From contig JAYEOX010000108.1 of NCBI GenBank assembly GCA_034723415.1, forward strand, positions 1-12,775: a stretch of DNA of 12,775 nucleotides, written 5' to 3'. Shown one piece after another: positions 6,725 through 12,775 of this stretch. The DNA comes from Fidelibacterota bacterium. Lineage in GTDB: Bacteria > Fidelibacterota > Fidelibacteria > Fidelibacterales > Fidelibacteraceae. A program made the position numbers and the translations under genes. The notes beneath the pieces are model-generated. The model saw only the letters and a program-made list of their open reading frames with translations, had not been told where the DNA came from and did no database searches. Numbering within the stretch: position 1 is the stretch's first letter; the number at the start of each line of letters is the position of its first letter.

Positions 6725-7243
6725 TTAAGATTTTGTTTCAATTAACTTAAGAAAATCTTTTATTCCATTATTTTTTGAAATAATAAATCCGTAAAAAGGT
6801 CTTTTTTGATGATTAGCAATTATCGATTGATAAACCATATTTGAATTATTTAATAACAATTCGCCATTATAATTTACCTCTCCTGCTACAATAACAATTT
6901 TTGATAACAAACTAATATTAACCACTTTATTTATTTTATTATCAATTAGATAAGGGAATGACATATCGGGGAATCGTGGGCCATATTTTTCATTATTTTT
7001 ACCAATTAACGGATTAAAACCGGAATTATTAATGTGATCCTTAACCCAAAATATTTCATGTTCTTTTACTTCATTATTTTTTTCAGTAACAATGATATTT
7101 TCACAATTTTTTATCTTAGAAAAATATTCCCCTGGACTTAAATATTTTTTTGTTTGATAAAATTTCCAATTATTTGGTAAACTTGGGATTTTATTCAAAT
7201 TCTTATCTGTAATATGTATCCAGCAGTATTTATTTTTTTTCAT
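6725..7243 (-). CDS. Miniaturised, degenerate purine nucleoside phosphorylase-like protein (probably non-catalytic)
   Basis: Contains DHINNSGFNPLIGKNNEKYGPRFPDMSFPY, the signature of trimeric PNPs. It is only 172 aa and has no GSG, GRxH, TNAAGG, GPxYE or GMST motifs. The ORF is uninterrupted and fills the yggS-ssb gap. Confidence 0.7.
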   Translation of the reverse strand: MKKNKYCWIHITDKNLNKIPSLPNNWKFYQTKKYLSPGEYFSKIKNCENIIVTEKNNEVKEHEIFWVKDHINNSGFNPLIGKNNEKYGPRFPDMSFPYLIDNKINKVVNISLLSKIVIVAGEVNYNGELLLNNSNMVYQSIIANHQKRPFYGFIISKNNGIKDFLKLIETKS

Positions 7244-7281
7244 TTTATATTATGTTTTATTAATTAAAATATCTCTAATAA

Positions 7282-7956
7282 TTATTCCCTGCTTCCAAAA
7301 ATGCCTCTGCCAACTCTTATCATTGTCGCTCCTTCTTGAAGAGCAATTATATAATCATTCGTCATTCCCATTGACAATTCATTAAAGTGAATATTATCCG
7401 TTTCATTTTTCTTGTTCGCTTCTAAAAGTCCTTTCAATTGTCTAAATGATTTTCTAATCTCATTTTTATTTTCTGTTAATGGACTAATTGTCATCAAACC
7501 AATTATTTGAATATTTTTATATTTCTGAATTTGTAATATAAAATCTTCTAATTCTCTTGGTTCAACTCCACCTTTACTCTCTTCACCGGAAGTATTTACT
7601 TCAATCAAACATTTAATTTTTGTATTTAATTTATCAATTTTTCTAACAATTTTTTCTCTATCAACACTGTGAATATAATCAAAATTTTTAACAACTTTTT
7701 TAACTTTATTTGATTGCAACTTCCCAATATAATGTTTCTCAATCCCCGGAAAACTTTCCTTTTTAAATTTAGCAAGTGCTTCTTGAACTTTGTTTTCACC
7801 AATTATTTTTATGCCTGCTTCAATAGCGGTTTTCATTTTATCAATTGGAAATGTTTTTGTTACACCAACAAGTTTTACATTATTTGGAGTAACACTATAT
7901 TTCTGAATATTATTTTTTATTATATTTATCCTATCAATATAATTTTGTAATGACAT
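7282..7956 (-). CDS. yggS: PLP homeostasis protein YggS/PLPBP
   Basis: LVGVTK (the PLP lysine), GENKVQE, HYIGKLQSNK, IHSVD, GLMTI, LSMGMTND and GATMIRVGRGIFG. It starts 2 nt after the gyrA stop. Confidence 0.97.
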   Translation of the reverse strand: MSLQNYIDRINIIKNNIQKYSVTPNNVKLVGVTKTFPIDKMKTAIEAGIKIIGENKVQEALAKFKKESFPGIEKHYIGKLQSNKVKKVVKNFDYIHSVDREKIVRKIDKLNTKIKCLIEVNTSGEESKGGVEPRELEDFILQIQKYKNIQIIGLMTISPLTENKNEIRKSFRQLKGLLEANKKNETDNIHFNELSMGMTNDYIIALQEGATMIRVGRGIFGSRE

Positions 7957-7958
7957 TT

Positions 7959-10400
7959 TTATTCACCTTCTTCATCTTCCGATTCGGCAACATAAGCAAC
8001 AGAGCTCAAATTGTCGTCTTCTTTTAAGTTAATTAGTTTTACTCCTTGTGTATTTCTGGAATAAGTGCTTATCTTATTTATTGGCATTCTGATCATCAAT
8101 CCTTTATTAGAAATTAGCATTAGATCATCTTTTTCAACTACTTCTTTTAATGCGATCATTTTACCAACTTTTTTATTTGTCTTCAGCGTTATTACACCTT
8201 TTCCACCACGATGTTGCGCACGATAATCCTTTATTGCTGTGCGTTTTCCCAAACCATTTTCACTAACAGCAAGAACAGTTACATCTTCACGACTTACAGT
8301 TACCATATCAACGACAACATCATCTGATCCAGCTAATGTAATACCTCTAACACCGGTAGAATTTCTTCCAACTTCACGAACATCTTTTTCGTGAAAGCGA
8401 ATTGCCTTTCCGGCTCTTGATCCTAAAATAATATCTTGATGCCCATCTGTAATTTTTACGCCAACTAAATCATCACCATCTCGAAGATTAATAGCAATTA
8501 TTCCATTAATACGAGGATTACCATAAGCGGATAATACTGTCTTCTTTATCGTTCCGTTCTTAGTTGCCATAATAATATTTTTATCTTCAGAGAATTCTCT
8601 TACATTTAGAAAAGCTCTAACTTTTTCACCCTTTTCAGATTGTAATAAATTTACAATTGCTCTACCACGAGTTGCTCTACCTGACAATGGAATTTTATGA
8701 ACTTTTAGCCAATATACTTTACCAAAATTTGTAAAGAATAGTAAATATTCATGAGTAGAAGCAATAAACAAGTTCTCGACAAAATCTTCATCTTTCATTC
8801 CGGCACCGCGTTTACCAACTCCTCCTCTTCTTTGAGCTCTATAGCCACTAACAGCGGTTCTTTTTATATATCCCTTATGCGTGATAGTTATTGCCATATC
8901 TTCATCAGCAATCATATCTTCCACAGTAAAATCTTCACTATCGACAATCATTTCTGTTCGTCTTTCATCTCCATATTTCCTTTTAATTTCTTTGAATTCA
9001 TTTATCATTATTTCCATTCGTTTAGATTTATTATCCAAAATAAAGTTCAATTTTTCAATTAATTTCAATAATTCCAAATATTGTTGTATAATTTTTTCTC
9101 TCTCCAAACCGGTTAATTTTTGCAACTTCATATCTAAAATTGCTTGAGCTTGGATCTGTGATAATTCAAATCTTTTTATTAAATTATTTTTTGCATCTGA
9201 AGCACTGGCAGATTTTTTTATTATTGCAATAACTTCATCAATATTATCTAATGCTATTTTTAATCCTTCTAAAATATGTGCTTCAGCTTCAGCTTTTTGC
9301 AAATTATATTCTGTCCGTTTAACAATAATTTCATGTCGATAATCAATAAAATGCATCAATGCTTCTTTTAAAGACAAAACTTTTGGAATTCCATTTACTA
9401 ACGCCAATAGAATAATACCAAAAGTTCCTTGCAACTGTGTATGTTTATATAGATTATTTATTACTACTTCCGGAATCGCATCTTTTTTTAATTCAAACAC
9501 AATTCTGATTCCATCTTTATCTGATTCGTCTCTTAAATCACTTATATCTTCAATAACTTTATCTCTGATCAATTGAGCTGTTTTCTCTAAAAGTTTACTT
9601 TTATTTACTTGAAATGGAATTTCAGTAATTACAACTTGTTCTCTATTATTGCGAATCTGTTCTACACTCGCTCTTGCTCTCATCGTAATTTTACCTTTTC
9701 CCGTTTCATAAGCAGATTTTAATCCCATTGACCCAAAAGCTAATCCACCAGTTGGAAAATCAGGACCTTTCACAAATTCCCGTATTTGGTCAATATCAAG
9801 GTCGGGATTATCAATTAAAGCAATAAGAGCATCAACTATTTCGTTTAAATTATGAGGGGGAATATTTGTTGCCATTCCAACTGCAATCCCTGATGCACCA
9901 TTAATCAATAAATTTGGTAATTTTGTTGGAAGTACTGTTGGTTCTGTCAACGAATCATCAAAATTTGGAACAAATTTTACTGTCTCTTTATCAATATCAT
10001 CTAACATTTCAGCAGCAATTTTCTGCATTTTTGCTTCAGTATATCTCATCGCCGCCGGATTATCACCATCTATTGAACCATAATTCCCTTGTCCATCTAC
10101 TATCAAATATCGCATTGCAAAATCTTGAGCCATTCGCACCATTGCAAAATAAACTGACATATCGCCATGAGGATGATATTTTCCAAGCACTTCACCAACA
10201 ATACGAGCTGATTTTTTATATGTTTTATTATGTTGTAACCCTAATTCATGCATACCATAAAGTATTCTCCGATGCACAGGTTTTAACCCATCTCTTACAT
10301 CAGGAAGCGCTCGTGAGACAATTACCGACATAGAATAATCTAAATATGCGTCTCTTAATTCTTCCTCAATATCTATTTGAATTGTTCTTTCATTCGCCAA
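7959..10400 (-). CDS. gyrA: DNA gyrase subunit A (TTG start)
   Basis: [21 protein letters not shown], the catalytic AAMRYTE, an intact GyrA box QRRGGVG, beta-pinwheel repeats and a short acidic tail. SD AAGGTG lies 5 nt before the TTG. Confidence 0.98.
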   Translation of the reverse strand: MANERTIQIDIEEELRDAYLDYSMSVIVSRALPDVRDGLKPVHRRILYGMHELGLQHNKTYKKSARIVGEVLGKYHPHGDMSVYFAMVRMAQDFAMRYLIVDGQGNYGSIDGDNPAAMRYTEAKMQKIAAEMLDDIDKETVKFVPNFDDSLTEPTVLPTKLPNLLINGASGIAVGMATNIPPHNLNEIVDALIALIDNPDLDIDQIREFVKGPDFPTGGLAFGSMGLKSAYETGKGKITMRARASVEQIRNNREQVVITEIPFQVNKSKLLEKTAQLIRDKVIEDISDLRDESDKDGIRIVFELKKDAIPEVVINNLYKHTQLQGTFGIILLALVNGIPKVLSLKEALMHFIDYRHEIIVKRTEYNLQKAEAEAHILEGLKIALDNIDEVIAIIKKSASASDAKNNLIKRFELSQIQAQAILDMKLQKLTGLEREKIIQQYLELLKLIEKLNFILDNKSKRMEIMINEFKEIKRKYGDERRTEMIVDSEDFTVEDMIADEDMAITITHKGYIKRTAVSGYRAQRRGGVGKRGAGMKDEDFVENLFIASTHEYLLFFTNFGKVYWLKVHKIPLSGRATRGRAIVNLLQSEKGEKVRAFLNVREFSEDKNIIMATKNGTIKKTVLSAYGNPRINGIIAINLRDGDDLVGVKITDGHQDIILGSRAGKAIRFHEKDVREVGRNSTGVRGITLAGSDDVVVDMVTVSREDVTVLAVSENGLGKRTAIKDYRAQHRGGKGVITLKTNKKVGKMIALKEVVEKDDLMLISNKGLMIRMPINKISTYSRNTQGVKLINLKEDDNLSSVAYVAESEDEEGE

Positions 10401-10437
10401 AATCGCACCTTCTTATATTTTATTTTTTTGTTCATAA

Positions 10438-10466
10438 TTTTCGTGTTTTTTTGTATTTTTCGTGGC
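10438..10466. repeat. Degenerate TTCGTG repeat with 9-10 bp period
   Basis: ttttcgtgtttttttgtatttttcgtggc: ttcgtg (10440), tttgta (10450), ttcgtg (10459). Confidence 0.45.
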
Positions 10467-10472
10467 TTCTCT

Positions 10473-10526
10473 TCCTAAACTCCCAAACCTCTAAACTCCT
10501 AAACCTCTAAACTCCTAAACCTCTTA
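10473..10526. repeat. 8-bp tandem repeat (6 full copies plus a partial) directly after the gyrB stop
   Basis: tcctaaac tcccaaac ctctaaac tcctaaac ctctaaac tcctaaac ctctta. The alternating units give a 16-bp higher-order period. Confidence 0.93.
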
Positions 10527-12479
<1,953 letters not shown>

Positions 12480-12755
12480 TTATACAAATTTAATATCTTT
12501 AATTATCTTCTTTTCTAACTTGTTTTCATATTTTTTTATTATCTCTTCTTTTAACATTACAAGTTCATTTCTCCAAACACTATTTTTTACTTTGACGATC
12601 ATTTTTCCACTTATTATTTTAATAGGAGTCGTTACATTTGAAACCCTTCTTCCAACTATTTCTTCCCATATTTTAAAAGCTTTATATTCATCAATTGCAC
12701 TTTCATCAGCTACATCTTTTACAATATCCCAGTATATGTTATTCATTTTTTTCAT
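12480..12755 (-). CDS. DUF721 / DciA family protein
   Basis: WEEIVG...T.P..I..GKMIVKVKNSVWRNEL...KEEIIKKY...IKDIKF matches the DUF721 pattern, and the gene sits in the usual position directly upstream of gyrB. Confidence 0.85.
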   Translation of the reverse strand: MKKMNNIYWDIVKDVADESAIDEYKAFKIWEEIVGRRVSNVTTPIKIISGKMIVKVKNSVWRNELVMLKEEIIKKYENKLEKKIIKDIKFV

Positions 12756-12775
12756 TACTTATAATTTAACAAATT
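12755..12775 (-). CDS. Possible 3' end of the upstream gene (recF expected by synteny)
   Basis: Open frame NLLNYK* whose TAA overlaps the DUF721 ATG (TAATG). The identity rests on synteny inference only. Confidence 0.3.
   Translation of the reverse strand, partial: NLLNYK

Noticed and set aside
7714..7950. 78-aa + strand ORF
   Set aside because: Antisense to yggS and of low complexity.
8751..10333. Three + strand ORFs (8751-9062, 8881-9147, 9914-10333)
   Set aside because: Antisense shadows of gyrA.

Overview
AT-rich bacterial chromosomal segment, probably close to oriC and probably from a diderm FCB-superphylum-like organism (inference from the GyrA QRDR, an outer-membrane barrel and clear Shine-Dalgarno use). 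A long minus-strand gene run reads: dciA-like (DUF721), gyrB, gyrA, yggS, a miniaturised purine nucleoside phosphorylase-like ORF, ssb, a NudB-like Nudix hydrolase, a DUF2225 Zn/TPR protein, an archaeal-type eIF2B/R15Pi-family protein, a YhaM-like OB-HD nuclease, an ECF S-component, a putative outer-membrane beta-barrel and tRNA-Val(TAC). This run converges on the 3' part of peptide deformylase on the + strand. The most unusual points are: (1) a 172-aa PNP derivative that keeps the inter-subunit loop but has lost the catalytic motifs; (2) an eIF2B-like protein lacking the isomerase Cys, near a Nudix gene; (3) a displaced tRNA-Val 3' half (att-like scar) split in its T-loop by a 55-bp hairpin insertion; (4) short periodic repeats between gyrB and gyrA and in the S-component tail; (5) a GyrA QRDR lacking both quinolone water-metal bridge residues. 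All family calls come from motif recognition by eye; no database searches were run.
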